A stretch of 64,000 nt of DNA from positions 1,135 to 65,134 of the forward strand of contig JAURQX010000005.1 of NCBI GenBank assembly GCA_030835905.1, written 5' to 3'. Position 1 is the stretch's first letter, and each line of letters starts with the position of its first letter. This document shows, piece after piece, positions 1 through 9,917 of this stretch. The notes under the pieces were generated by a model, which saw only the letters and a list, made by a program, of their open reading frames with translations, ran no database searches and was not told where the DNA came from. Both the position numbers and the translations under genes were made by a program. This stretch comes from Alphaproteobacteria bacterium. Its GTDB lineage: Bacteria; Pseudomonadota; Alphaproteobacteria; Rickettsiales; UBA1997.

Positions 1-2
1 TG

Positions 3-344
3 CAAAATGCAAAAGAATTTAGAGAAAAGCAAATAGAATTTCATCGTAAGCAGGGCAATCTTAACAAAGAGCAAATAGCATCTTTTGCAAATTATTATCA
101 AAGAAACAATGGTCAAAATGCCACATATAGCGATTATTATATAAAGCCCAGCTCTTTAAATGAGTTAGCTTCTTATAAAAATCTTCTGAATCTTCAAAAT
201 GAGCTAACTGTTAATCAGGAACTGGCTAGAAATTTTGTTGAAACCGTATATTATACTAAACAAGAACAGATAACTGAACAAGAACAGATAAAAGAACGGG
301 TTAAAAGTCAAAATAAAGGTACATGGAAGGGTTATATGAATTAG
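3..344 (+). CDS. hypothetical protein, C-terminal part (gene begins upstream of window)
   Basis: Frame 3 is open from the window edge to TAG at 342-344 (...QEQIKERVKSQNKGTWKGYMN*). It is absent from the ORF track because it has no in-window start. No domain recognised. Overlaps the next ORF start by 22 nt. Confidence 0.4.
   Translation, partial: QNAKEFREKQIEFHRKQGNLNKEQIASFANYYQRNNGQNATYSDYYIKPSSLNELASYKNLLNLQNELTVNQELARNFVETVYYTKQEQITEQEQIKERVKSQNKGTWKGYMN
260..291 (+). repeat. two-copy in-frame tandem duplication, 18-nt period
   Basis: acaagaacagataa occurs at 260-273 and again at 278-291, encoding KQEQIT/EQEQIK. Confidence 0.6.
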
Positions 345-1921
345 CTTTAAATGCAGGCAGAAAGGTGGGTTTGGGTAAAAGGGTTGTCGGCGTAGAGTTT
401 GATAAGAGGCATCAAAAATTTTTAGATAGAAGAAATGAATTATTAAAAAGTTCAAGCCACCTTATTGCTCATGATGCAAATGGTAGAGATTTTACATCAA
501 TTAACCAAAATTTAGAGTCAATTCTAGCTAATTTATCAACTTATTTTGATTTAGATCCTGAGCATGATGCAGCTATAATTAAAGAGATTAGGGAGAGAAT
601 TAATAATTATGGAAATGAAATTGGTGATGAAAAGCTCAAAAAATTAGAAAAAGATTTACAAGTTTTAAATGATGATTTTTCTAGAAAAGTTGAAGAAGGT
701 CAAGAAGATGATGCTCAGAGATGGAAATATAGAGCTTTACAGTTTTTCTTATTAGTTTCTCCAATTGGCCCAATATCATTAGTTGGTGGCGCTTTAAGTT
801 GGTTGCAAATTTTTGAAGCTTTTGGTCCGATATTTGAGAAAGGACTAACATTTGGTGAATCTGTAGGTGAGGTCTTTTCAAAATTTACTTTTGGAATTTC
901 AGATAAAATGCAATTTGACAAAATTAGTGAATTTTTATTTGACTCAATTCCGCTGGTTAAAGAGCCGTTCGAATTATTTGCTGAAATTAGAAATAACGAA
1001 GCAATTAGTTTGGGTCTTGGTTTAGTAGGTGAGACAATAATTCCTAATCCACTTTTTGCTCTTGGTTTAGTGGCAACTTATTCTGTTTGGAATATGGGAA
1101 AAGAAATAGATCATCATACTAAGAGCAATAAAACTCAAAAAGAGTATCATGAAAAAATGATTGATATTATGAGTAAATATAAAATTGATAATTTTGACAA
1201 GCAGCAGGCAAACGCAAAAAGGGCAGCAGATGAAATTTTTGAATTAAGTCAAAAGATAAAAAAAGTAGAAGATATTAAAAACAACTTATGTGAAGAATAT
1301 AAAAAAAATCCAGATTTATTTTCAAATAACGAGAACTTACTAAATGTTTTTAATGCATATAAAAATAGCAATTTAAATGATGTAAAAATCTTAAATATTG
1401 GAGATGCAATTAATGAATGTGGGTCGATTAAGAATTTTCTTGATAGGATTATAAAATTAGATGTTGGTGATATAAATCTTAAAAACGAAATAGATAAATT
1501 ATCATATCATTTAAAAGAGAATAGAGCCATAAAAAGTTATATTGAAAATAATAATTTAGATCCAGATTATGCAGATCGCTTGAATTTAGAAGGTATAAAA
1601 AATCTAGTATTACTTGAAGATTTAAGTGATCAGCTTGATTTTATTAAAAACTTTGAAAATATAAATGATGATCCTAAAAAAGTTCAAAAGAGGATTAAAA
1701 GTCAGCAAGATAAAGTAAGTGAGTTAAAATCATCAATATTTAAAGATGAAAACCGCTCAGACGAAATCAATAAATTAGCAGGTGATATTGGCTTAATTGT
1801 TGATGATCAAAAAAAACATCTAGTAGATTCAATAGCAGAATCTTACAAAAGAAATTCTCCTAGTAACAGCCCATCTCCCCAAAGTCTCCAAAAGACATTC
1901 GAGCTACAAGCTACCAAATAG
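323..1921 (+). CDS. hypothetical coiled-coil protein with two central hydrophobic segments (possible membrane-inserted or secreted effector)
   Basis: 532-aa ORF. Hydrophobic stretches ALQFFLLVSPIGPISLVGGALSWLQIF and AISLGLGLVGETIIPNPLFALGLVATYSVW are flanked by K/E/N-rich helical regions. No signal peptide or known domain recognised. Confidence 0.6.
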   Translation: MEGLYELALNAGRKVGLGKRVVGVEFDKRHQKFLDRRNELLKSSSHLIAHDANGRDFTSINQNLESILANLSTYFDLDPEHDAAIIKEIRERINNYGNEIGDEKLKKLEKDLQVLNDDFSRKVEEGQEDDAQRWKYRALQFFLLVSPIGPISLVGGALSWLQIFEAFGPIFEKGLTFGESVGEVFSKFTFGISDKMQFDKISEFLFDSIPLVKEPFELFAEIRNNEAISLGLGLVGETIIPNPLFALGLVATYSVWNMGKEIDHHTKSNKTQKEYHEKMIDIMSKYKIDNFDKQQANAKRAADEIFELSQKIKKVEDIKNNLCEEYKKNPDLFSNNENLLNVFNAYKNSNLNDVKILNIGDAINECGSIKNFLDRIIKLDVGDINLKNEIDKLSYHLKENRAIKSYIENNNLDPDYADRLNLEGIKNLVLLEDLSDQLDFIKNFENINDDPKKVQKRIKSQQDKVSELKSSIFKDENRSDEINKLAGDIGLIVDDQKKHLVDSIAESYKRNSPSNSPSPQSLQKTFELQATK

Positions 1922-1930
1922 GGTAAGGAA

Positions 1931-2006
1931 TGGTGGAGATAAGGAGACTCGAACTCCTGACCCTCTGCTTGCAAAGCAGATGCTCTACCAACTGAGCTAT
2001 ATCCCC
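1931..2006 (-). tRNA. tRNA-Cys (GCA), CCA encoded
   Basis: The reverse complement reads GGGGATATAGCTCAGTTGGTAGAGCATCTGCTTTGCAAGCAGAGGGTCAGGAGTTCGAGTCTCCTTATCTCCACCA. It has a 7-bp acceptor stem, anticodon loop TTGCAAG and a GTTCGAGTC T-arm. Confidence 0.93.
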
Positions 2007-2224
2007 AAGATGTATTTAAACAAAAATTATCCTAAAAAAACAAAAACTAACTCAAAGTATTTTACATTAAAAGATGCAATTTAAATAATGCAACTTAAAT
2101 AAACTGTATTTAACATTTTAGCCTGAAAAATATTGTTTCTAAATTATCCATTTTCAAATAAAAATGGTATTATGCGTCGGTTGCTGATTCGTCATATTAT
2201 TAAATTGTTAAAAAAAAACCACAA

Positions 2225-3211
2225 ATGATTTTTAAGAAAAAATTTAAGACACATGCAAGAAGAATAAAAATCAATCAAGCCTTTAGTTTGATTGAATTAT
2301 CTATTGTCTTGGTAATTATTTCAATTCTGATCACAGGAGCTTTATCGGCATCAATTTCGAGTGTCAATAATGCTAAATATGGAACAACAAGAAAATTGAT
2401 GGATGCTTTGTATACAGCAATTGGAAATTACGTAAAAATTAATAAAAAATTGCCTTGCCCGGCATCACTAAAACTAGCAAAAAGTAGCACTGATTATGGT
2501 CAAGCAACTGGCACTGATGGTGATTGTTCTGAAGCAACAGGTGGCGTTAATGATATTGGTACAACTGATTTGGTTTATGGTATGGTTCCAGTTAATGATT
2601 TAGGTTTGCTAGGTGAAAATGGAGAAGATGCATTTGGAACAAAATTTTCTTACGTCGTTAACAAAAACCTAACTAAAGATGACACTTTTGATGATTTATT
2701 TATTGACGGCACTCCCGATCCTAATGGTTCAATTACTGTAAATGATAATGGGCGGTTAATCCAATTTGATTTATTGATAATTAGCCATGGAGCTAATAAA
2801 GCTGGTGGATTTGATGCAAACAGTACTTCAGCAAGCGCTAGAAGTAGCGACCTTAGTGAACAATCTAATGATTATTTAGATAGTTCCGCGACATTTCTTG
2901 CAAATGATTCAAGTAGCGATGAATTTGATGATATTTTGCTAAGTAAGAAATTAACTGCGCTAATTTCTGAATTTAATGCTTTTGAACATATTAAGTGTAA
3001 AGCTCAAACAGAGGTAGCATTGTATGGAAGTACAAATGTTAGTTGGGATGAAGCTCTTTATGGCCAAGAAGCCGTCGCGATCACCGCATGTCCTGCTTGT
3101 TCTAGTGCAGTAGATTATAGAGGAGATGTTTCTAATCCAACAAGAAAATGTAATGCTTTTGGACAGTGGGGCGCAATCATAAAGCCATGCGTTCCAGCAG
3201 GCCCTTGTTAG
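2225..3211 (+). CDS. prepilin-type N-terminal domain protein (large atypical type IV pilin/pseudopilin-like)
   Basis: The N-terminus MIFKKKFKTHARRIKINQA|FSLIELSIVLVIISILITGA has the class III signal pattern, with Glu at +5 and a hydrophobic helix. The protein is 328 aa, has 8 Cys, and ends in the Cys-rich tail ...ITACPACSS...RKCNAFGQWGAIIKPCVPAGPC. Confidence 0.7.
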   Translation: MIFKKKFKTHARRIKINQAFSLIELSIVLVIISILITGALSASISSVNNAKYGTTRKLMDALYTAIGNYVKINKKLPCPASLKLAKSSTDYGQATGTDGDCSEATGGVNDIGTTDLVYGMVPVNDLGLLGENGEDAFGTKFSYVVNKNLTKDDTFDDLFIDGTPDPNGSITVNDNGRLIQFDLLIISHGANKAGGFDANSTSASARSSDLSEQSNDYLDSSATFLANDSSSDEFDDILLSKKLTALISEFNAFEHIKCKAQTEVALYGSTNVSWDEALYGQEAVAITACPACSSAVDYRGDVSNPTRKCNAFGQWGAIIKPCVPAGPC

Positions 3212-3228
3212 AAATAATATTATAAAAA

Positions 3229-3951
3229 ATGGATATTTTAACCTACGAAATTTTCTTTAGCCTAATAACCCTGACTTTCTTAGAGGTAATTCTGGGAATC
3301 GATAATGTTATATTCATTGCAATTGCAATTGCAAAGTTACCAGCAAAAAATCGACAAAAAGCAAGGATTTTTGGTTTATCACTAGCATTGATTATTAGAA
3401 TAATAATGCTATTTACCCTTTCGTGGGTAATGACCCTAACTACACCTCTTTTTTATATAAAAGATACTGCATTTTCTTTTAAAAATTTTTTATTACTTTT
3501 TGGTGGTCTATTTTTAGTTATAAAAAGTTCATGGGAAATTATATCCGATTTATTTCCTAAAAAAATCAATGAAAACCAAAAAGAAATTAACGTTGCAAAA
3601 TCAATGATTGCCGCAATTGTTCAAATTTCTCTGATAGACTTTGTATTTTCTTTTGATTCGGTTATTACTGCAATTGCTATGACATCCAATATTCCGGTTA
3701 TAATTACTGCTGTAGTCATTTCTATGTTCGTGATGTTAGTTGCTTCTGAAAAGGTAAGTTATTTTTTAAGAGAATACCCTTCACTAAAAGTTGTGGCTTT
3801 AGCATTCATATTTTTGGTAGGTGTAATATTAATTGCCGATGGATTAAATATACATATTTCTAAAGGTTATTTATACTTTTCTTTGTTTTTTACAATGGCA
3901 GTGGAGTCTTTAAATATTTTGATTCGCAAAAAACATAAACATCATTTGTAA
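3229..3951 (+). CDS. TerC family integral membrane protein
   Basis: Polytopic membrane protein with the TerC hallmark LEVILGIDNVIFIAI near the N-terminus and a second DSVITA repeat half. Confidence 0.85.
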   Translation: MDILTYEIFFSLITLTFLEVILGIDNVIFIAIAIAKLPAKNRQKARIFGLSLALIIRIIMLFTLSWVMTLTTPLFYIKDTAFSFKNFLLLFGGLFLVIKSSWEIISDLFPKKINENQKEINVAKSMIAAIVQISLIDFVFSFDSVITAIAMTSNIPVIITAVVISMFVMLVASEKVSYFLREYPSLKVVALAFIFLVGVILIADGLNIHISKGYLYFSLFFTMAVESLNILIRKKHKHHL

Positions 3952-3960
3952 ATTAAAATT

Positions 3961-5232
3961 GTGGTCAGAGAAAAAATAGCAATCATAGGTTCTGGAATTT
4001 CTGGGTTAACAGCGGCATATTTTCTAAAAGAGAAATATGATATAAAGCTATATGAAAAGCATAATTATTTAGGCGGTCATTCAAACACAATTGATGTAAA
4101 TTATCTTGGCAAAAAAATTGCTGTGGATACTGGTTTCATTGTTTTTAATCATAAGACTTATCCAAACCTCATAGAATTTTTTACGTTGATGGATGTTCCT
4201 TATGACAAAAGCAACATGTCTTTTGCAGCAAAGATTAACAATGGCGAATTTGAATATGCAGGAACTAACTTATTGTCATTATTTGCTCAAACTAAAAATC
4301 TTTTTGATAAAAATTTTTGGCGCATGCTTCGAGATATACTATATTTCAACAAGCATTCATTAAAAATTTTAGCTGATGCAGTAAATCCTAGATACACAAT
4401 TGCTAACTTACTAAGAGATCTTGATGTTGGTGATTATTTTGTAAATTACTATATATTGCCAATGTCTGGAGCTATATGGAGTTGTCCAATTGAGGTTATG
4501 CTAAAATATCCAGCATATAGTTTTTTAAGTTTTTTTAAAAATCATGGATTGCTCAGTATTACTGATCAGCCGCAATGGTATACTGTTAAAGGAGGTTCAA
4601 AAGAATATGTTAAAAAAATTCAACAAAAAATTGGTAACCAAGATATTTTAACAAATAACTTTGTTCATGAGGTTTATAGAAAAAATGATGGTAAAATTGT
4701 TGTTAAATCAGATTTTGGAGAAGATATTTTTGATAAAGTAGTTTTAGCATCCCATCCAGATCAATCACTAAAAATGATAAAAGGTGTTGATACATTTCAA
4801 TTTGAATTTTTATCAGCATTTAAATATCAAAAAAACTTGGCAATTTTACACAAAGACGAGTCGGTTATGCCAAATTCAAAAAGGGCTTGGGCTAGTTGGG
4901 TTTATAGCAAAAACAAAAATGATCAAGAGAGTCAAATTTCTGTTACTTATTGGATGAATAATTTACAAAATATAGATAAATCATTTCCATTATTTGTGAC
5001 CTTGAATCCAAATTCTACAATAAAAAATTCTGATATTTTTGAAAGTATTGTTTATGAACATCCAATTTTCGATAAATCTGCAATAGAGATGCAAAAAAAA
5101 GTCAAGCAGGTTCAAGGTATTAATAATATTTACATTTGTGGAGCTTATTTAGGAAATGGTTTTCATGAAGATGGTATTTCTTCTGCTCTTAATGTTGTAA
5201 ATATGCTTGGGGTTAAAGCGCCATGGCAGTGA
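3961..5232 (+). CDS. NAD/FAD-binding oxidoreductase (amine-oxidase-like, COG2907-type)
   Basis: GTG start. Rossmann dinucleotide motif IAIIGSGISGLTAAYFL...YEKHNYLGGH. Overlaps the next gene by 10 nt, consistent with an operon. Confidence 0.8.
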   Translation: MVREKIAIIGSGISGLTAAYFLKEKYDIKLYEKHNYLGGHSNTIDVNYLGKKIAVDTGFIVFNHKTYPNLIEFFTLMDVPYDKSNMSFAAKINNGEFEYAGTNLLSLFAQTKNLFDKNFWRMLRDILYFNKHSLKILADAVNPRYTIANLLRDLDVGDYFVNYYILPMSGAIWSCPIEVMLKYPAYSFLSFFKNHGLLSITDQPQWYTVKGGSKEYVKKIQQKIGNQDILTNNFVHEVYRKNDGKIVVKSDFGEDIFDKVVLASHPDQSLKMIKGVDTFQFEFLSAFKYQKNLAILHKDESVMPNSKRAWASWVYSKNKNDQESQISVTYWMNNLQNIDKSFPLFVTLNPNSTIKNSDIFESIVYEHPIFDKSAIEMQKKVKQVQGINNIYICGAYLGNGFHEDGISSALNVVNMLGVKAPWQ

Positions 5233-5996
5233 ATTTTAAACATGCTTATATATCTAAAGCTCAAATTTTTCACAAAAGATTAGCGCCCTCAATTAATAAA
5301 TTTACTTATAATGTTTTTTATATCTGCTTTGATATTGCAAAAATCGAGACCCTAAAATCAAGATTTTTTTCGATAGATAGCTTTAATATCTTCTCTCTTA
5401 AAAGAAAAGATTATGGTTCAAAAGATGGTGAAGACATGGAAAAATGGGCTAGATCAATTTTATCTAAAAAAAATATAAAAGAAGTTGATAAAATTTTTTT
5501 ACTAACTCATCCAAGAATTATGGGATACGCTTTTAATCCAGTAAGTTTTTGGTTTTGCTTAGAAAAAAGAGGCTTATTAAAAGCTGTTATTGCTCAAGTA
5601 AACAATACTTTTGGCGAAACTCATTTCTATCTTGTTTTTAATCAAGATAATGCAATTATTGATAAAAACCAATGGCTTGAAACAAGAAAAGATTTTCATG
5701 TTTCACCATTTTATAAAGTAAAAGGTCGATATAAGTTTCGTTTTTCTTTTAATAAAAAAAAGATAGCTGTTTGGATTGATTATTTTGAATATAAAAAATC
5801 TCTACTTACCTCACTAAGAGCAAAAAATGTTGAATTTAATGATTTTAATTTGCTAAAAGCTTTTTTTCTTATGCCTTTTATGATTTTTAAGGTAATATTT
5901 CTAATTCATTGGCAGGCATTAAAATTATTTATAAAAAAAAATAAATATGTTCCTAAGCCAACTAAACCAAATTTTAAATTAACAACAAGTGAATAA
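5223..5996 (+). CDS. DUF1365 family protein
   Basis: N-terminal pattern HKRLAPSINKFTYNVFYICFDI is typical of DUF1365. It sits between the oxidoreductase and the CFA-synthase-like gene, as in the conserved triad. Confidence 0.75.
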   Translation: MAVNFKHAYISKAQIFHKRLAPSINKFTYNVFYICFDIAKIETLKSRFFSIDSFNIFSLKRKDYGSKDGEDMEKWARSILSKKNIKEVDKIFLLTHPRIMGYAFNPVSFWFCLEKRGLLKAVIAQVNNTFGETHFYLVFNQDNAIIDKNQWLETRKDFHVSPFYKVKGRYKFRFSFNKKKIAVWIDYFEYKKSLLTSLRAKNVEFNDFNLLKAFFLMPFMIFKVIFLIHWQALKLFIKKNKYVPKPTKPNFKLTTSE

Positions 5997-7146
5997 ATAC
6001 AAACTACTATGGTCAGCCTTAGAAAAGATTGAATCAGGATCAATTTCTATAAAACTGCCTAATGGTGAAATTAAAAAATTTGACTCAAATAATGTAGGTC
6101 CAAAAGCCCAAATTAATATTAAAACCATTACAGCACTTGATTTATCAATTCATGGAGGCGATGTTGGCTTCGGCGAAAGTTATATGGAAGAAATGTGGGA
6201 TAGCGAAGATTTGCCAGCTTTGCTATCATTTTTTACACATAATGCTGAATCTCTTGAACATTATTTTCATGCTAAAAAATGGCAAAGTATTTGGCTTTTT
6301 TTAATAACATTGTTCAATAAAAATAGCAAAAGAGGAAGTAAAAAAAATATCAGTTATCATTATGATCTTGGAAATAATTTTTATCAATTATGGCTAGATA
6401 AAAGTATGACCTATTCAAGTGCAATATTTGATAGTAAAAATCTTACATTGCATAAGGCTCAAATAAATAAATATAACAATATTTTAAAAAAACTTTCTGG
6501 ACAAACAGTGCTTGAAATTGGCTGTGGTTGGGGTGGTTTTGCTATTGAAGCCGCAAAGAAAAAATTTGATGTAACTTGCCTAACTTTATCAAAGAGACAA
6601 AAGCAATATTTCTACAATTTAATTGAAGGTACAGGTCTTGACAATAATATAAAAATTAAGCTTCAAGATTATAGAGATGAAAAAGGAATTTATGATAACA
6701 TAGTATCAATTGAAATGTTTGAAGCTGTTGGACAAAAATATTGGCAAAAATATTTTCAAACACTTAATAAATGCCTAAAGAAAAAGGGCAAAGCTGTCTT
6801 GCAAATAATTACAATTGATGAAGAGATTTTTGAAGATTATAGAAATAGGGTTGATTTTATACAGAAACATATTTTTCCAGGTGGGTCTTTACCAACGAAT
6901 ACAATTATTAAGAATTTGGCTTTAGATAACGGTATGAAGGTTATTAGCGAATTGAGTTTTGGCCTTGATTATGCAAAAACTTTAGAAATTTGGTTAAAAA
7001 ACTTTGATAAGGCAAAATCAAAAATCATAGAGCAGGGATTTGATGAGAAGTTTATTCGCAAATGGCGCTTTTATCTATCTTATTGTATTGCAGGTTTTTT
7101 AGCAAAACGGACTGATGTTGTTCAGTTTGAAATAATAAATGAATAA
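5989..7146 (+). CDS. cfa: cyclopropane-fatty-acyl-phospholipid synthase family SAM-dependent methyltransferase
   Basis: GTG start. SAM-binding motif VLEIGCGWGGFA and a CFA-synthase-like C-terminus (FPGGSLP...WRFYLSYC). Confidence 0.8.
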   Translation: MNKYKLLWSALEKIESGSISIKLPNGEIKKFDSNNVGPKAQINIKTITALDLSIHGGDVGFGESYMEEMWDSEDLPALLSFFTHNAESLEHYFHAKKWQSIWLFLITLFNKNSKRGSKKNISYHYDLGNNFYQLWLDKSMTYSSAIFDSKNLTLHKAQINKYNNILKKLSGQTVLEIGCGWGGFAIEAAKKKFDVTCLTLSKRQKQYFYNLIEGTGLDNNIKIKLQDYRDEKGIYDNIVSIEMFEAVGQKYWQKYFQTLNKCLKKKGKAVLQIITIDEEIFEDYRNRVDFIQKHIFPGGSLPTNTIIKNLALDNGMKVISELSFGLDYAKTLEIWLKNFDKAKSKIIEQGFDEKFIRKWRFYLSYCIAGFLAKRTDVVQFEIINE

Positions 7147-7168
7147 GAAAGAATTTTCTTTAATAATT

Positions 7169-7699
7169 CTATAAACTATTATTTTTAATACAGTAAGATG
7201 TTAGATCGTTAACAATTGAATTTCTTATTTCTTTTGCTCCCAAATCAAGCAAATTGCTAACAACGTAGTTTTCTGCCGTATGTGTTGCATATCTATTTGA
7301 AGATACATCATAGTTGTCATTTACATTAACATAGCCAGATGAGATGATTTTCTTATCACTTATTCTTTTTAATTTATAATCTATATTTATGTTAATTCTA
7401 TATCGACCTGACGATCCAGTTTCGGTAATATAAGTTGGAGCTAAGGTTTTAGAAATATTATAAGCCAGAATATAGCTAGACTCTGCTTTAACTTTTTGTG
7501 GATTTAATGCGTCGTAAAGTGAATTTTTTAATTCTTGAGATTTTCTATCTCTAATTTTTTGTATTTTAATCGAAGCTAACTCATTAATGCACGAATCAGC
7601 TTTTTTATGATCATAAATAACTTGAAATCCACAAGAATTCAAAAAAAGAAATATTATTTTTAATAAAATAATATTTTGAACAATTCTAAAATTTATCAT
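7169..7699 (-). CDS. lptE: LPS-assembly lipoprotein LptE-like
   Basis: Lipobox LNSCGFQVIY (CGF is typical of LptE). 176 aa. The C-terminal pattern YATHTAENYVVSNLLDLGAKEIRNSI resembles alphaproteobacterial LptE. Confidence 0.55.
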   Translation of the reverse strand: MINFRIVQNIILLKIIFLFLNSCGFQVIYDHKKADSCINELASIKIQKIRDRKSQELKNSLYDALNPQKVKAESSYILAYNISKTLAPTYITETGSSGRYRININIDYKLKRISDKKIISSGYVNVNDNYDVSSNRYATHTAENYVVSNLLDLGAKEIRNSIVNDLTSYCIKNNSL

Positions 7700-7707
7700 T
7701 CTATAAA

Positions 7708-9324
7708 TTACAACTTATTCTTATATTCTAGAGCACTTTCTACATATTTTTTAAAAATAGGGTGTGCATCAAAAGGTCTGGATTTTAATTCTGGATGAAA
7801 CTGAACACCGACAAAAAATGGATGATCAGCTACTTCAATAATTTCTGGTAATTTATCATCAGGAGACATGCCTGAAAATTTTAATCCTGCACTTTCTAGC
7901 TGTGAGCGGTAATTAATATTTACTTCATAGCGATGACGGTGCCTTTCTTCAATCAACTCTTGTTGATAGATTTTTGCGATAAAGCTTCCCTGAGAAATTT
8001 TGCAAGGATAAGATCCAAGACGCATTGTTCCACCTAAATTTTCTTTATCTTTTATAATTTTACTGCCTTGTTTAGTGGTCCATTCATTCATGTTACCAAC
8101 TAAAAACTCACCGTTTTTTGATATTTCATGCGATGTAGCTTCGCTTATTCCAAGAACGTTTCTTGCATATTCAATCACTGCCATCTGCATGCCAAAGCAA
8201 ATTCCTAAATATGGAATTTTTTTAGTTCTGGCGTATTTTATCATGCTGATTTTACCTTCGGTCCCATCAACTCCAAATCCACCCGGCACTAAAATTGCAT
8301 GAATATTATCTGGCAAGTTCTGTTGGTTTTTTCTTGCATTTACCCAAATAACATTGGCTTTAATCTTGTGAGCTATAGCTGCATGATTTATTGCTTCAAG
8401 TAAAGATTTGTAAGAGTCAGGATAGCCAGTATATTTACCAACTATAGCAATATTTACTTCATCCTTAGGATTGTTAATAGCATTTCTAATTTTTAACCAC
8501 TTATCTAAATTAACTTTTTCATCAAATTTTAAGTTAAAAAATCTAAGAATCTCTCTATCCAAGCCATTTTGGTGATATATGATTGGTACTTCATAAATTG
8601 ATTTTACATTAGGAGCAGCAATTACTGAGCTTAAAGGTACAGATGTCATTAATGCAATCTTTCTAAGATGATCATCACTTATTCTCTTTTCAGCTCTGCA
8701 TAAAAGAAAATTTGGCTGAATACCGATAGATCTCAGCTCTTTAACTGAATGTTGAGTGGGTTTAGTTTTTAATTCATCAGCACACTCAATATATGGTAGC
8801 AAGGTTAAATGTAAAAATGCACACTTAGAAGAACCCATTTCATAATGAAGTTGTCTCAAGGCTTCAAAAAAAGGCAAACCCTCAATATCTCCAATAGTCC
8901 CACCAATTTCGCAGAGCATAAAGTCAACATCTTGCGATTCGTTGACAATAAATTCCTTGATAAGATTAGTTACATGAGGAATAACTTGTACCGTACCTCC
9001 CAAGTAATCACCCCTTCTTTCTTTAGCAAGTAAATTTGAATATATTTTGCCAGCACTAATACTGTCTGACTTTTTAGCTTCAACGCCACTAAATCTTTCA
9101 TAATGACCGAGATCAAGATCAGTTTCCGCTCCATCTTCAGTAACAAACACTTCGCCATGCTGAGTTGGGCTCATTGTTCCTGGATCTATATTAAGGTAAG
9201 GATCTAATTTTCTAAGCCTGACTTTAAAGCCACGCTCTTGAAGAAGCGATCCCAAAGCTGCAGAAGCTAAGCCTTTTCCCAAAGAAGATACAACACCACC
9301 TGTAATAAATATAAATCTAGTCAT
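7708..9324 (-). CDS. pyrG: CTP synthase
   Basis: [26 protein letters not shown]-terminus, GATase motif YLGICFGMQ, 538 aa. Confidence 0.97.
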   Translation of the reverse strand: MTRFIFITGGVVSSLGKGLASAALGSLLQERGFKVRLRKLDPYLNIDPGTMSPTQHGEVFVTEDGAETDLDLGHYERFSGVEAKKSDSISAGKIYSNLLAKERRGDYLGGTVQVIPHVTNLIKEFIVNESQDVDFMLCEIGGTIGDIEGLPFFEALRQLHYEMGSSKCAFLHLTLLPYIECADELKTKPTQHSVKELRSIGIQPNFLLCRAEKRISDDHLRKIALMTSVPLSSVIAAPNVKSIYEVPIIYHQNGLDREILRFFNLKFDEKVNLDKWLKIRNAINNPKDEVNIAIVGKYTGYPDSYKSLLEAINHAAIAHKIKANVIWVNARKNQQNLPDNIHAILVPGGFGVDGTEGKISMIKYARTKKIPYLGICFGMQMAVIEYARNVLGISEATSHEISKNGEFLVGNMNEWTTKQGSKIIKDKENLGGTMRLGSYPCKISQGSFIAKIYQQELIEERHRHRYEVNINYRSQLESAGLKFSGMSPDDKLPEIIEVADHPFFVGVQFHPELKSRPFDAHPIFKKYVESALEYKNKL

Positions 9325-9516
9325 TTAATTAATTTAAAAGTATTTTGATTTTTTTAAAATATCTTAATTTACTTTAATAAAAATCAAATACTAAAGTTTA
9401 GTATGCGCATAGTATGTACAAATTTTAATGTAACTAAAAATATTATTGACTATCAGAATGGTTAAATTAAAAGTAGGGGCTATTTTTAATTTATTCGTTG
9501 TTAATATTTAATTTCT

Positions 9517-9888
9517 ATGCCTACAATCAGTCAATTGATAAGAAAACCTCGCCAAAAGCAAGTTGCAAAAAATAAAGTTCCAGCAATGAAAGCTTGTCCA
9601 CAGAAGAGGGGTGTTTGCACAAGAGTTTATACTACCACTCCGAAAAAACCAAACTCAGCTCTTAGAAAAGTTGCTCGTGTTAGATTGACCAACGGCTTTG
9701 AAGTAATTGCTTATATACCAGGTGAAGGACATAACTTACAAGAACACTCTGTAGTTGCTATCAGAGGAGGGCGCGTCAAAGATTTGCCAGGTGTTAGGTA
9801 CCATATTGTTCGAGGTAGTCTTGATACCCAAGGTGTAAAAAATCGTAAACAAAGACGCTCTAAATATGGCGCCCAAAAACCTAAATAA
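9517..9888 (+). CDS. rpsL: 30S ribosomal protein S12
   Basis: [12 protein letters not shown]...[16 protein letters not shown], 123 aa. Confidence 0.98.
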   Translation: MPTISQLIRKPRQKQVAKNKVPAMKACPQKRGVCTRVYTTTPKKPNSALRKVARVRLTNGFEVIAYIPGEGHNLQEHSVVAIRGGRVKDLPGVRYHIVRGSLDTQGVKNRKQRRSKYGAQKPK

Positions 9889-9917
9889 TTTTTTAAAATA
9901 TACTATAACACACAACC

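Noticed and set aside
9389-9411. Adjacent palindromes tactaaa-g-tttagta and tatgcgcata in the pyrG / rpsL divergent region
   Set aside because: Short palindromes are common in AT-rich DNA. I could not pair them with convincing -35/-10 elements or find a second copy, so a regulatory call would be speculation.
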